This document shows positions 18,722-29,612 of a stretch of 64,000 nucleotides of DNA, piece by piece. How positions within the stretch are numbered: position 1 is the first letter of the stretch; each line of letters starts with the position of its first letter. The translations under genes were made by a program, and so were the position numbers. Location of the stretch: NCBI GenBank assembly GCA_963796275.1, contig CAWCKY010000002.1, positions 32,001 to 96,000 of the forward strand, written 5' to 3'. The stretch comes from an uncultured Acidobacteriota bacterium (GTDB lineage: Bacteria; Acidobacteriota; Blastocatellia; RBC074). The notes under the pieces are model-generated. The model made no database searches and had not been told where the DNA came from. It was given only the letters and a program-made list of their open reading frames with translations.

Positions 18722-21700
18722 TTATCGACCTAGCTTGTGTAACCATTCTGGGAGACGCCACCACCACAACGAACTACGACGCATGTAAAGTCGCACGGAG
18801 TGATCATGTTCGCCGGAAAGAATCTGTTTGCCGTCGGGTGAGAAATCGACTGAAAGTACAGGCGATGTGTGAGTGCCGATGCTTGTAATCAGTTTGCGAC
18901 TGCCCGCGTCCCACAAACGTATGGTCTTGTCGTCGCTCGCCGAAACCACCTCGCGACCATCGGGCGAGAAGGCAACCGATTTGATACGCGCCGTGTGACG
19001 ACCCAATTCCGCCACCTCGTGCAACGGCCTGGTTGCCCACAAGCGCACGATCCCCTGGTCTTCGCCGGTCGCAAGCCATTGGCCGTCGGGTGAGAAATCA
19101 ACGCTGATCAGTTGCACAGGAGCAATGTCGGCTTGATCTGCAACTTGCCATGTCGCGGTATCCCATAAGACCAAACGACCGTGTGCTTCAGCCAAGGCCA
19201 ACCATCGCCCATCAACTGAAAAAGTGAGATCGTATATGTAGTTTGCGGCGATCTGCCAACCTCGGGCATCGTAGCGATGGAACCCGACTACCTGACGGCC
19301 CGTGGCGCTTTCATAAACGCCATGCGAAACCGCCACCCAACGCCCGTCCGGCGAGACATCCAGGCAATGAGCTTCCGCCCCTTCCCGCGGGATGTTGAAC
19401 TTCAACCGCGGCTTGCGTTCCGCCAAATCCCAGATGATTATTTCTCCATCTCGATCAACGGTTGCAATCCAATTTCCGCTGGGCGCGAAGGCCAGCCCCG
19501 TCACGCGGCTGTGATGGCCGAACAGCGTAGTCTCTTTGCGCCCGGTCGCGGCGTCCCAGATGATCACCGACCTATCTTCGCCCGCCGAAGCGATGCGCTT
19601 GCCTTCGACAGCGAAGGTCACGGCACGCACTGCACCGCTGTGCTCGTTGAAGCCGACTGCTCGCCGGCGCTCAAGTAGATCCCAGACCAACACCGCCCCG
19701 TCTCCATGGGTCGAGACGAGCCACTGACCGTCGGGTGAAAAAGCCAGTCCCCAGACTACCGATGGATATTCCAGCGGCGCGATCTTCCGCATCGTCTCGG
19801 CATCCCACAAGATCGCGTTCTCCGCTCCTGTCGCAACCAATCGCCCGTCCGGAGACCAGGCGGCGGCTCGCGCGTTGTCTTGATGAGCGGGGTAACGGTT
19901 GAGAATCGAGCGGCGTCCCCGATCCACGAAGATGACGGCACCCGCAGAGTTCACACTGACCAGACGTTTGCCGTCGGGAGAGAAGACGACGTTAACTCTT
20001 TCCCAGATGGGATCGAACTCATCGGCTGTCGGTTGCCCGGTCGTCAAATCCCAGGAGTTGGGGCGCCGGTCGTGATGAAAGATCAATCGCCGTCCGTCAG
20101 GAGAAAAGATCAGGTTAGCCGTATCATTGGCACTCCAGGGTATTCCGCCGACCTTCTCCCAACTTCCCACCCGCCACAGAGCCGTATCGTCTCCCGGCGG
20201 TTCGCTTCGGTAGCTGGAAGATACCAGCAATCGCCCATCAGGCGAGAACGCGACGGCGCAGGCCTTCTCGCGATGCCCGCGCAGCACCGCGGCTTTCTCC
20301 AATCGCAAGGCATCCCAGACGATCACCGTCCGGTCGAAGCTCGCGGTCGCAAACCATTTCCCATCGGGCGAAAACGCGACTGCCGCGATCCAGTCCGTGT
20401 GGTCGTTGAGTTTCTTCAACCATACGCGTCTTTCGAAATCCCAGACGATCACCTGTTTGTCTTCGCCGACCGTGACCAGCAACTTGCCGTCCGGCGAGAA
20501 GGCCACGCGCCGCACTGCTGCCGTGTGCCCGTCGCGCAAGATTCGCTCGTCCCACGTCTTGGTTACCGAGATCCACGCCGCAACGAACATCGTGAGCATC
20601 GCAATTGCCAACACCTTCCATCCGGCGCTCGCCAGCCTGCCGACCAGACTCTTCTTGATCAACTCCCGCTCCAGTTTCCCGCGCTTTAGCTCAGCGAAGC
20701 GCCGGATTGTCCACAATACACCAAGCGGAATGCGCGTCTTCCGATCAGCGTCGTGAAAGACCACAAATTGGGTCAGCAATTGATCGGCGTTCTGCGCGCG
20801 GAGCAGCCGCTCCTCTTTCTCTTCGCTTCTGACTTCGATCAACGATTTCAGTCGCTCCAGATCGGCCTGCATCTCGCCACCCGACGAATACCGCTCCTCG
20901 CGTTTCTTCCTGAGCGCCCTGGTCACGATGCGATCCAGCGCGGCCGGAATATCGGCATTCACCTCAGCGACCGGTGGGATTTCCGCTTCACTCTTCAGAA
21001 ACTCAATGATCTCTTCGTCGCTCAGGCCGCCATACGGATGCCGCCCGGCGATCATTTCATGGAGAACCAAGCCGAGCGAGAAAACGTCGGTCCGCACATC
21101 GAGCGGCGGTTCGCCACGTGCCTGCTCGGGCGACATATATTTCAATGTTCCTGGCGTGGCACCCAACCTGGTCAGAAGTTCGGCGGCGGGCCGAGCTCCG
21201 GCGCCGGCGGTCGCCGGAACGCCGGCCGACTTGGCGATGCCGAAATCCAGCACCTTCACTTGGCCGTTCTTCAACACCATGATGTTTTCGGGCTTGATGT
21301 CACGGTGAATAATTTTCACGGAGTGCGTGACGTTGAGTGCGCCGGTTATTTGGGCGGCGATGAGCACCGAGTCGCGCCACCCGGGACGCGATCGGTTGAG
21401 CAACGCGCGCAGCGTTTCCCCCTCGATCAATTCAGTGACGATGAAGTGCAGGTCGCCAAGTTCGCTCTCGACGCATCCGATATCGTGAATGGTAACGATG
21501 TTGGAATGGACGAGCCGTGAAACGGTGTGGGCTTCCTGCTTGAAGCGGCTTACGCGCTCAGGATCTGCGGCGAATTCCGCCGGCAGAATCTTGATCGCCA
21601 CTTCGCGGTCAAGCTTTTCATCCCTGGCCCGCCACACTTCACCCATCCCACCTGCGCCGATTCGCTCCTTGATCTGATAATCGCTGATCTGCCGGTCCTG

Positions 21701-21928
21701 CACCGACACATACGACTCTTCGGCTATCTGCCCGGCTAGCTCGACGATGGCCGAAGAATCCAGAAACTTTTCAACTTGCGCTTCCCGACTGAGTAACTCC
21801 TCCACGCTTCGCCGTAGATCGTCATCTCCCGCACACATTCGCGCGAGAGCGGCTGCGCGACTGCTCGGCTGGGTTTCGAGCATCTGCTCAAACACAACAT
21901 CAATCTCTTTCCATCGCTGCTGATCCAT
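18722..21928 (-). CDS. Ser/Thr protein kinase with TM helix and WD40 repeats
   Basis: GAGGMG, VAIK, HRDIKPEN, DFG, YMSPEQ; many GH..V.FSPDG..WD repeats. Confidence 0.95.
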   Translation of the reverse strand: MDQQRWKEIDVVFEQMLETQPSSRAAALARMCAGDDDLRRSVEELLSREAQVEKFLDSSAIVELAGQIAEESYVSVQDRQISDYQIKERIGAGGMGEVWRARDEKLDREVAIKILPAEFAADPERVSRFKQEAHTVSRLVHSNIVTIHDIGCVESELGDLHFIVTELIEGETLRALLNRSRPGWRDSVLIAAQITGALNVTHSVKIIHRDIKPENIMVLKNGQVKVLDFGIAKSAGVPATAGAGARPAAELLTRLGATPGTLKYMSPEQARGEPPLDVRTDVFSLGLVLHEMIAGRHPYGGLSDEEIIEFLKSEAEIPPVAEVNADIPAALDRIVTRALRKKREERYSSGGEMQADLERLKSLIEVRSEEKEERLLRAQNADQLLTQFVVFHDADRKTRIPLGVLWTIRRFAELKRGKLERELIKKSLVGRLASAGWKVLAIAMLTMFVAAWISVTKTWDERILRDGHTAAVRRVAFSPDGKLLVTVGEDKQVIVWDFERRVWLKKLNDHTDWIAAVAFSPDGKWFATASFDRTVIVWDALRLEKAAVLRGHREKACAVAFSPDGRLLVSSSYRSEPPGDDTALWRVGSWEKVGGIPWSANDTANLIFSPDGRRLIFHHDRRPNSWDLTTGQPTADEFDPIWERVNVVFSPDGKRLVSVNSAGAVIFVDRGRRSILNRYPAHQDNARAAAWSPDGRLVATGAENAILWDAETMRKIAPLEYPSVVWGLAFSPDGQWLVSTHGDGAVLVWDLLERRRAVGFNEHSGAVRAVTFAVEGKRIASAGEDRSVIIWDAATGRKETTLFGHHSRVTGLAFAPSGNWIATVDRDGEIIIWDLAERKPRLKFNIPREGAEAHCLDVSPDGRWVAVSHGVYESATGRQVVGFHRYDARGWQIAANYIYDLTFSVDGRWLALAEAHGRLVLWDTATWQVADQADIAPVQLISVDFSPDGQWLATGEDQGIVRLWATRPLHEVAELGRHTARIKSVAFSPDGREVVSASDDKTIRLWDAGSRKLITSIGTHTSPVLSVDFSPDGKQILSGEHDHSVRLYMRRSSLWWWRLPEWLHKLGR

Positions 21929-22547
21929 TGCTCGCTCCTTCCGCCTCAGTCAATGCTTTGTACAAATAGATTCTGGCTCTCTTCCATCGTTGCTTCACTG
22001 TATCTAGCGATACGTCCAGGATTTCCGCCGTCTCCTTGATGGTGTAACCGCCGAAGAAGCGCAGCTCGACCACCAGGCTCAATGTCTCGTCATGCTGTGC
22101 CAGGGCGTCGAGCGACTCGTCGAGATTGACTAAATCCGCCGTGCGCGCAGGGATGGCTGTCGCCTCGTTTCCAAATGTGACCTGAATTCGATTTTCGCCG
22201 TGTTTCTTGGCGCGGCGGTTGCGGGCGACATCCACCAATATCTGCCGCATCAACCGCGCGGCGATGCCGAAGAACTCTCTATTATCACGGCAGGGCAGGC
22301 CGTTGGAATTAAACAACTTCAGATAGACTTCGTGCACAAGTGTTCCCGTCTGCATCGTATGCCCGAGGCGTTCGTGCTGTAGACGTTGATGAGCCATCTG
22401 CTGCAATCGATCGTAGACCAGCGCCCAGAACCGATCCCGTGCCGCCTCATCGCCGTTTTTCAGCCCTTCAAGCAATTGCGTCACATCATCTGGCTGCTGC
22501 GGTTTCTCTGCATCGTTGAGGGTATCTTTGTGGATATTTTCAGACAC
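21900..22547 (-). CDS. ECF sigma factor, kinase-associated (TIGR02999-like)
   Basis: HTMQTGTLVHEVYLKL, MRQILVD.AR, VVELRFFGG; overlaps the kinase start. Confidence 0.9.
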   Translation of the reverse strand: MSENIHKDTLNDAEKPQQPDDVTQLLEGLKNGDEAARDRFWALVYDRLQQMAHQRLQHERLGHTMQTGTLVHEVYLKLFNSNGLPCRDNREFFGIAARLMRQILVDVARNRRAKKHGENRIQVTFGNEATAIPARTADLVNLDESLDALAQHDETLSLVVELRFFGGYTIKETAEILDVSLDTVKQRWKRARIYLYKALTEAEGASNGSAAMERD

Positions 22548-22988
22548 ACTTTCACCATGCCTTTTTTAATACTCTCTGGAGAATATTGGTCTATCGGGGG
22601 AAGGCCCTCCCTTTTTTTAGCAAATGATTCATCGCGGCAAAAAAGGACTCTGCCGCCTGGCCAGGAGCTATAGGCGTAACCAAGGCTGGGAAAATATTTT
22701 TTTCGCGACCATCCATTTCCGCCTCAATTTCCGCATGTAGTCCATGAACGGAAAAGCCGGCGGCGGTGTGGTGAATTGTCGGCCCATATGGAACAGGGCC
22801 GTAATTTATCACTCGCCGCCGGTCACCGGCAATGAAATTTGAAATCTGAGTCGTCTCCTTAGCCCGCATTTCTCATTGGGGCATTAATGCTGCCGACGGC
22901 CAATGTCAACTGCAGATTTCGTCATATTCTACGGAGCCCGGCCAAAGAATTAATAAGTTGGCCATCACAAGAAAGAGGTATCCAGCCT

Positions 22989-23486
22989 ATGAAGCGGATT
23001 AATTCACGTGTCGTCGCAATGATAGCACTTGCCATCGTTCCGTCGGTTTACGCACAGGACCCAACCAATCCGGCGGCCGCAGTGTTGAAGGAGCACATCA
23101 TGGTCATGCCCTCCGAGGTCCAGTGGGCCGACTGTCCGCCGAACATTCCACCCGGTGCTCAGTGCGCAAGTATCGAGGGTGACCGAAGTGCCCCGAACGT
23201 TCTCTTCACCTATCGCCTGAAGATGCCGGACAACTATCGGATCGCACCCCACTTTCATCCAGCCGATGAGCATCTCACGGTCATCTCAGGCACGTTCAAG
23301 ATGGGCCTCGGTGAAAAGTTCGATGAGAAATCCATGAGTCCCATGGTCGCCGGAAGTTTCATGGTCATGCCTAAGGGTGCTCCGCACTATGCCATGACTC
23401 AGGGCGAGACAGTGCTCCAGGTACACGCAATTGGTCCTTGGGGCCTGACCTATGTCAACCCCGCAGATGACCCGAGAAAGAAGTGA
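22989..23486 (+). CDS. Exported cupin-domain protein
   Basis: Signal peptide; PHFHPADEHLTVISG..PH. Confidence 0.85.
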   Translation: MKRINSRVVAMIALAIVPSVYAQDPTNPAAAVLKEHIMVMPSEVQWADCPPNIPPGAQCASIEGDRSAPNVLFTYRLKMPDNYRIAPHFHPADEHLTVISGTFKMGLGEKFDEKSMSPMVAGSFMVMPKGAPHYAMTQGETVLQVHAIGPWGLTYVNPADDPRKK

Positions 23487-23599
23487 GTGTGATGCCCAAC
23501 ATCATAAGAATTTGTGTGGCGCGGAGCCACCACACCATTCTTTGTCGGTGCGACACAAAGTCGCGACTACGAATGTGATCCACGAACTTTGTGAGATCA

Positions 23600-24009
23600 C
23601 CTTGCGTCCTGCCACAAGTACCCTACCGAGACATGCGTCGCTTGTAAAGGCGGGGTATGAAGCTCTCGGAATAACGTAACTCCAGGAGGTAACGGCAGGT
23701 AAGTCGTGAGATGAGGCTGTGACCGCCAGCCGGAAGGCGGGGCTCTTCCGGCTGAAGTCGATCGCGAACCTGGCGCGTGATGGAGGTGAATGGGAACTGG
23801 CCGAATACACCGCAAAGCAGATGCTCTAACACGACTCTTAATACGACGCCACACATTACTGGCTGGCACTGGTAGCAGAGCATAAAGGAGACCTGGAGGC
23901 CGATCGCCCCGAATTCACCGCCGCCGAAAGGCCTTGGGAGAAAGCTGACCTGGATCTGGCCGAGTTAGTGAAGACGCGCCAGAAACTGGCTTCAATCAAC
24001 CAGAAATAG
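23600..24009 (+). pseudogene. TPR-protein C-terminal remnant
   Basis: YDATHYWLALVAEHKGD..WEKADLDLAEL with upstream in-frame stops. Confidence 0.4.
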
Positions 24010-24020
24010 AGGACCAGCAC

Positions 24021-24851
24021 GTGTCGGAAAACGCACCACAACCAGGATCGATCGACGAAAAGCAGCTTCAAGCACCTGCAGCGGCTAAACTATATAGAAA
24101 AGTAGCCGATTTTATCCGGATCACTTTCAGCGTCTTGATGGGTCCCCGGACTTTCTTTACGAAATACTTTCAGTCGATCAATCAATCGAGACAGCCCTCT
24201 CCAAATTCTCTTTCGACATTTAAATACCTGAGCCTAGCGATTGGTATCACCGCCGTAATTGCGCCCGTCCATCGCGCCCTACTCCGGGCCGGCGGCTTCC
24301 CCGAATTCTTCCTGGGTCTGGCTGAACGGGGCTCGAAAGGGCTCATGGAGAACTACGAAAGGGTGACCGGGCGGGATATGGTTCTCATCGACTTGACCCA
24401 GCTCACCGGTGTTTCATTGATCGACGAGCCGATCGAGGACGTAGCAAGGATGGTCATCTATGCTCTATTTGCGGGCCTCTTCTGGGGATTCAGCGGCGGA
24501 TTGCTGCCGTTAAAGCGCATGATGGGCTACTTCGCTTATTCGATCGGCGCATGCCTGGTCATTGAAACGGCATTTTTACTTATCGGTGATGTAATCTTCG
24601 CGCTTTTATCGCTCGGCGATTCTCAAACAAATTTGTTCACCATGAGCGCAATTCATGAGGTCGGGCAGATTCCACGTTTAATCTACCTTTTTATCATGCC
24701 GACGGTGATTTTTCCGGCAATCCTCGGGATCCGCTGGGGCACTGTGCTGGTGGCGACCCTGCTTTCTGTCATCACCTGGGGGCTGACCGGCTTGCTGATC
24801 GCTCAGATCATGATGGGTGCCGGTATAGTAATCATGGCTCCAGGTCTGTGA
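24021..24851 (+). CDS. Hypothetical multi-pass membrane protein
   Basis: 276 aa, five or six hydrophobic segments, GAGG RBS. Confidence 0.7.
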   Translation: MSENAPQPGSIDEKQLQAPAAAKLYRKVADFIRITFSVLMGPRTFFTKYFQSINQSRQPSPNSLSTFKYLSLAIGITAVIAPVHRALLRAGGFPEFFLGLAERGSKGLMENYERVTGRDMVLIDLTQLTGVSLIDEPIEDVARMVIYALFAGLFWGFSGGLLPLKRMMGYFAYSIGACLVIETAFLLIGDVIFALLSLGDSQTNLFTMSAIHEVGQIPRLIYLFIMPTVIFPAILGIRWGTVLVATLLSVITWGLTGLLIAQIMMGAGIVIMAPGL

Positions 24852-24877
24852 TAGATCAGCAAAGAGTCCAGGAGAAG

Positions 24878-25036
24878 ATCAATTACCCGCCACAGCTCGA
24901 ATTACTCTCTATAGTGGGGGCTTGCGATTCGACTCTTAGAGTCGTCCGCGATTGGCTGATTGACACCAGCCTAGCTCCGAATGTTGAGAGCAGCGTTGAT
25001 GGCGGCGTTACGGCAGTGACCGCATTGCCGACATTT
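24878..25036 (-). mobile_element. tnpB tail and right end (lineage B, third copy)
   Basis: Nearly identical to 8803-8930 and 18536-18660. Confidence 0.8.
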
Positions 25037-25078
25037 GCTGTGATCGCGATTTGGTTTTTTGCGAATGCCCCTTCTGTA
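25036..25078 (+). repeat. 43-bp copy of part of the gene at 63489-63932
   Basis: 41/43 identical to 63842-63884. Confidence 0.85.
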
Positions 25079-25330
25079 ACGGTAGGAAGTCTGCCGTGTA
25101 AAGTTTGAACGCCGAAGAAATGAGTTGCAGTCAGTAACGCGTGAACCAAGCAAGCTGACAATTGCAAACATATGTAACAGCGACGGCGCTGTGAAAAAAC
25201 TGAGATTCGCTTGAATCTCCTACCTTGGGACACAGGGGAAGTTACGCTTTTGGAGATATGCATCGGACACCGGTGCAGCCTAAGAATCCCCTTTTATAAC
25301 GCGTCAGCGTTTAGTGGCGGGAGTTGTCAA
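25079..25330 (+). mobile_element. IS200/IS605 mini-element (lineage C, second copy)
   Basis: Nearly identical to 15454-15706; ends GAGTTGTCAA. Confidence 0.8.
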
Positions 25331-26113
25331 TTCGACCAGACTAGCCACCACCTGGAGATAGGTTAGGAGTGATGCGTGAAGGGAGATTGGGGCGAACGAT
25401 CACAGATCATTCGAAGATAAATGCCGATCCTATATATCTGCCCTTTGGTGAGTTTAAAAATTCGACCACAAGACAGCGACTGCTAAGTAGAGCAGATCGT
25501 ATTCACATCAGCGGATCAATGTTCCGAGCTGAGATCGGCGTTAGAGGATTCTGGCAATGCTGGGGGCACGGGAGATTGCAAAAGTTTACTTATCTGGCTC
25601 TGGTTTCAGTATGCACAGAAGCTGCACGGGGTCGAACTCGACCAGACATGTTCTTGGACTGCCACCTCAGCGAGCTAAGGGTCAGGTGTTGCGCCGAAGA
25701 TAAGAAAGCCATATTCTATAATTTCAAGGGAGGAGGCATCGATCGCAAGCTGGTCTTGGTGAAAGGCGTGCTGCAAGCGCGTGGTAGCTATGGAGAATCC
25801 TTCTCTTTGTGCAGCGGGGGTGTGGCGTCGCGGGCATAAGATATAAACCCTCTATCCCGCCGACTTAGCTCGTGGGACGACTCTCATACCTGCCCCAGTC
25901 TGTTGCTTCCGCTTTTCCGATAACAGGCGTCCATACCAGGCGCACAGCACCAACGCCACCTTTCGTTCCAACTCACTCCGCCCGCCACGACCGGATGCAG
26001 GCGCGCGACTCCACACAAGCAGCCGTATCCGGCACTCCCAGTCCATATCACGGCACGCCCGGTGGCCGGTGCGTTCTCGTCGTCCCAATATGGCGAGCGA
26101 AAAGGGATGATCC

Positions 26114-28810
26114 ATGGTGGCTTCTACTGCACTCTGGTCTGTTGTTGATGTCGAATCCTTTATCAATGCGTATTACGTCGCTTGGTCAGGAACGGACGAG
26201 GATCGCATTATGTCTTACTACGCGGAAGATGTGACGCTTCATATTCCGGGCACGCTCATGGAGGGAAAGGAAGCCGTCCGCAATCAGTTCGTTAGGCCGT
26301 TTATCACTGCCTTTCCGGAAAACCACCACCGTGTCAAGAACATGCTTGTTGGACCAGGTGTAGTCACTGTTGAATGGAATTTTGAGGCCCTCCACAAGGG
26401 GCCATTCGCTGGTCATGCGGCGACCGGTGCTCGAGTTAAAGTGCCTGGTTGTGGGGTTTATGAGTACGATTCAGCAAAACGCCAGATCACTTCGGCTCGC
26501 ATTTACTTTGATGTGGGGACGCTACTGCAGACTATCACTGATTTGCCGGTGAGTGATCCCCAAAAGGCTGCAGAGGCTCTGCACTTGAACGAGCGCAATT
26601 TGAGCCTAATTATCAACACGATTCCTACGACGGCATGGACTACTCGCCCGGATGGCTACTGCGACTTCCTCAATCAGCGCTGGCTGGATTACGCGGGCAT
26701 GACCGCAGAACAGGCTGCGGGTTGGGGGTGGGCCGAGGCGATTCATCCGGACGACCGTAAGGGACTTGTCGAATATTGGCTATCGTGTCTGGCTTCTGGC
26801 GTGCCGGTTGAGACTGAAGCGCGTATTCGTCGTTTCGATAGTGTATATCGCTGGTTCCTCTTTCGTGCCAACCCAGTGCGAAACGAAACGGGGAAAATAG
26901 TCAAATGGTACGGAACCAATATAGATATCGATGATCGCAAGCATGGAGAGGAAGCCCTTCGTGCGAGCGAACTCTCCTGGCGCCAGATCGTTGATAGTAT
27001 TCCGGGGTTGGTGGCTACGATGAGCGCGACGGGCGAGGTGGAGTTTCTCAACCGCCAAACCCTGGAGTATTTCGGCAAAACAAGTGAGGAGTTGAGGAAC
27101 TGGTCCTTCATCGGCTCCGTCCACCCTGATGACCTTCCTCGCGTGATCGAGACACGCAAAAAGTCAATCGAAGACGGACAGATCTATGACATTGAGCACC
27201 GATGCCGTCGCGTTGATGGCGTTTACCGATGGTTCCAAGTTCGCGGCCTCCCAGTGCGTAAAGCGGAAGGTACGATAACCGCCTGGTATCTCCTACTCAC
27301 AGACATCGATGATCGCAAAAAGACGGAAGAGGCTCTGCGTTCGAATGAGCGCAATTTGAGCCTGATGATTAACGCCATCCCCACCATCATCCAGGTGTTG
27401 CGCACCGATGGATCAGTGCTTTATGTGAATCAAGCGCTGTTGGATTACCACGGGGTTACTTTGGAAGATGTTCGGAAAGAGGACTTTCACGCTCGTGTTT
27501 TCCATCCGGAGGATGTGGAAAGGCTGTGCGAGGAGCGCCAGGAGGCGCTCACACGCGCCATACCGTACGAAAATGAGCAACGTGTGCTAGGTAAGGATGG
27601 CAGATATCGCTGGTTCCTGATCCGCTACCAACCTCTGCTCGATGAGCAAGGAAGAATCGATCGATGGTATGTGGCCAGGTTCGACATCGAGGACCGAAAA
27701 CTTGCTGAGGAAGACTTGCGTCGCAGCGAGGCGTTCCTCGCTGAAACCCAACACCTCAGTTCAATCGGCAGCTTTTCCTGGCTTGTTCGAACAGATGAGA
27801 TTACCTGGTCGGATGAAACCTATCGCATTTTTGAGTTAGATCAGGGTATGCACGTGACACGTGAGCTGATCATGTCCCGAGTCCACCCTGACGACCTCCC
27901 GTTGTTGTTTGAGATGATCGAGCGGGCGCGGAACGAGACCAGTGACTTTGAAGCCGAATGCCGGTTGCTGCTGCCAGACCAATCGGTCAAGCACTTGCAC
28001 GTTGTTGCTAACGGTACCCGAGACCGGGATGGTCAACTTGAGTACATCGGCGCGGTTCAGGACGTCACCGAAAGCAAGATCGCCGAGGAGGCACTGACCA
28101 GGGCTCGCTCCGAGCTCGCCCATATGGCGCGTGTTACGACACTGAGTGCGTTGACCGCCTCGATCGCCCACGAGATCAACCAGCCCATCGCCGCCGCCAT
28201 CACCAGCGCCGGTGCCTGCTTGCGCTGGCTGAACCGCGATCAACCGGAGGTGCAGAGAGCGCGAGAGGCGGTCCTGCGAATCGAGGAGGATGGGAAGCGA
28301 GCCGCCGAGATCATCACTCACTTGAAGTCCTTCTACAAGAAAGACGTTTCGCCACAGCGAGAGTTGGTCTCGGTCAACGAAGTTGTTGGCGAGATGCTGG
28401 TGTTGCTGCGCAGCGAGGCCGACCTCCACTCGGTGGCCATGCGTACGGAGCTGGCGGCCGATCTTCCCTCGGTGAACGCCGACCGGGTGCAGTTGCAACA
28501 GGTGTTAATGAACCTTATGCTGAACGGGATGGAAGCGATGAGCAAGCAGGGAGGCGAGCTTAAGATAAGCACGCGATGCGAGGGCGGAGAGATGATGGTG
28601 TCGGTGAGTGACACAGGAGTGGGAATACCCGCTGACGAGATCGAAGAAATCTTTAATGCGTTCTTCACGAAAAAGGCCGGGGGGACGGGTATGGGGCTGG
28701 CGATCAGCCGCACGATTATCGAGTCGCACGGCGGCCGACTTTGGGCGACTATGAACCTGGGACGTGGCGCAACATTTCACTTCACTTTACCGACTGAACC
28801 TGAAGCATAA
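26114..28810 (+). CDS. Cytoplasmic sensor histidine kinase: SnoaL-like domain + 4 PAS + HisKA/HATPase
   Basis: N-terminal NTF2/ester-cyclase pattern; four HP(D/E)D PAS/PAC units; SIAHEINQP, NLMLNG, DTGVG, GMGL. Confidence 0.92.
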   Translation: MVASTALWSVVDVESFINAYYVAWSGTDEDRIMSYYAEDVTLHIPGTLMEGKEAVRNQFVRPFITAFPENHHRVKNMLVGPGVVTVEWNFEALHKGPFAGHAATGARVKVPGCGVYEYDSAKRQITSARIYFDVGTLLQTITDLPVSDPQKAAEALHLNERNLSLIINTIPTTAWTTRPDGYCDFLNQRWLDYAGMTAEQAAGWGWAEAIHPDDRKGLVEYWLSCLASGVPVETEARIRRFDSVYRWFLFRANPVRNETGKIVKWYGTNIDIDDRKHGEEALRASELSWRQIVDSIPGLVATMSATGEVEFLNRQTLEYFGKTSEELRNWSFIGSVHPDDLPRVIETRKKSIEDGQIYDIEHRCRRVDGVYRWFQVRGLPVRKAEGTITAWYLLLTDIDDRKKTEEALRSNERNLSLMINAIPTIIQVLRTDGSVLYVNQALLDYHGVTLEDVRKEDFHARVFHPEDVERLCEERQEALTRAIPYENEQRVLGKDGRYRWFLIRYQPLLDEQGRIDRWYVARFDIEDRKLAEEDLRRSEAFLAETQHLSSIGSFSWLVRTDEITWSDETYRIFELDQGMHVTRELIMSRVHPDDLPLLFEMIERARNETSDFEAECRLLLPDQSVKHLHVVANGTRDRDGQLEYIGAVQDVTESKIAEEALTRARSELAHMARVTTLSALTASIAHEINQPIAAAITSAGACLRWLNRDQPEVQRAREAVLRIEEDGKRAAEIITHLKSFYKKDVSPQRELVSVNEVVGEMLVLLRSEADLHSVAMRTELAADLPSVNADRVQLQQVLMNLMLNGMEAMSKQGGELKISTRCEGGEMMVSVSDTGVGIPADEIEEIFNAFFTKKAGGTGMGLAISRTIIESHGGRLWATMNLGRGATFHFTLPTEPEA

Positions 28811-29428
28811 GTGATCACTGAAGACTTACCAGTCGTGTTCATTGTCGACGACGACGCGAATGTTCGCCGATCGATCCAGGATCTTTTGTCGTCGGTGGCG
28901 TTGCGGTCTGAGGAGTTCGCGACGCCGCAGGAGTTTCTCGATAGCAAACACATAGACTGCCCGGGTTGCCTGGTTCTCGACGTCAGACTTCCGGGCATGA
29001 GCGGTTTAGATTGTCAACGTAGACTGACCGAAGCCGGAGTGACCATTCCAATCATCTTCATCACCGGACACGGTGATGTCCCAATGACAGTTCAGGCAAT
29101 GAAATCGGGCGCCGTTGAATTCCTGACGAAGCCTTTTAGGCCTCAGGAACTGCTCGACGCAGTTCAGCAGGCGCTCGAGCGGGACAGAAATTTGCGCGAA
29201 AAACGTCAGGAGACAGCGGAGGTGCGAACCCGCTACGAGACGCTGACCGCCCGCGAACGCGAGGTGATGGAACTGGTGGTTTCGGGCCTGCTCAATAAAC
29301 AGATAGCCGCGAAGCTCGGGACCGGCGAACATACAGTGAAAATTCATCGCGGCCACATGATGGAAAAAATGAAGGCCGACTCGCTCCCCACTCTAATCAG
29401 AATGGCGGACACGTTGAAATCTAGCTAG
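28811..29428 (+). CDS. FixJ/NodW-type response regulator
   Basis: VDDD, LDVRLPG, GHGDVPM, C-terminal LuxR HTH. Confidence 0.92.
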   Translation: MITEDLPVVFIVDDDANVRRSIQDLLSSVALRSEEFATPQEFLDSKHIDCPGCLVLDVRLPGMSGLDCQRRLTEAGVTIPIIFITGHGDVPMTVQAMKSGAVEFLTKPFRPQELLDAVQQALERDRNLREKRQETAEVRTRYETLTAREREVMELVVSGLLNKQIAAKLGTGEHTVKIHRGHMMEKMKADSLPTLIRMADTLKSS

Positions 29429-29612
29429 CAAACCCATCGCGTACCCGACAACCGAACCGGCTTTCGCGCAGCGATTTCCTCATTCAGACCAAGATACACT
29501 CCCAACGTTTCATTAACTACCCACCAGCGGTCGGATGCCATGTAACCAAAGTTCAATTCGGCGCAACCAACGTGTAATAGTTTCAGCTCGCCGCGCCAAG
29601 TAAACTCGTACC

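Noticed and set aside
25369-26100. ORFs 25369-25839 and 25852-26166
   Set aside because: No RBS or recognisable motifs; only a faint, stop-ridden hint of an FAD oxidoreductase tail on the minus strand.
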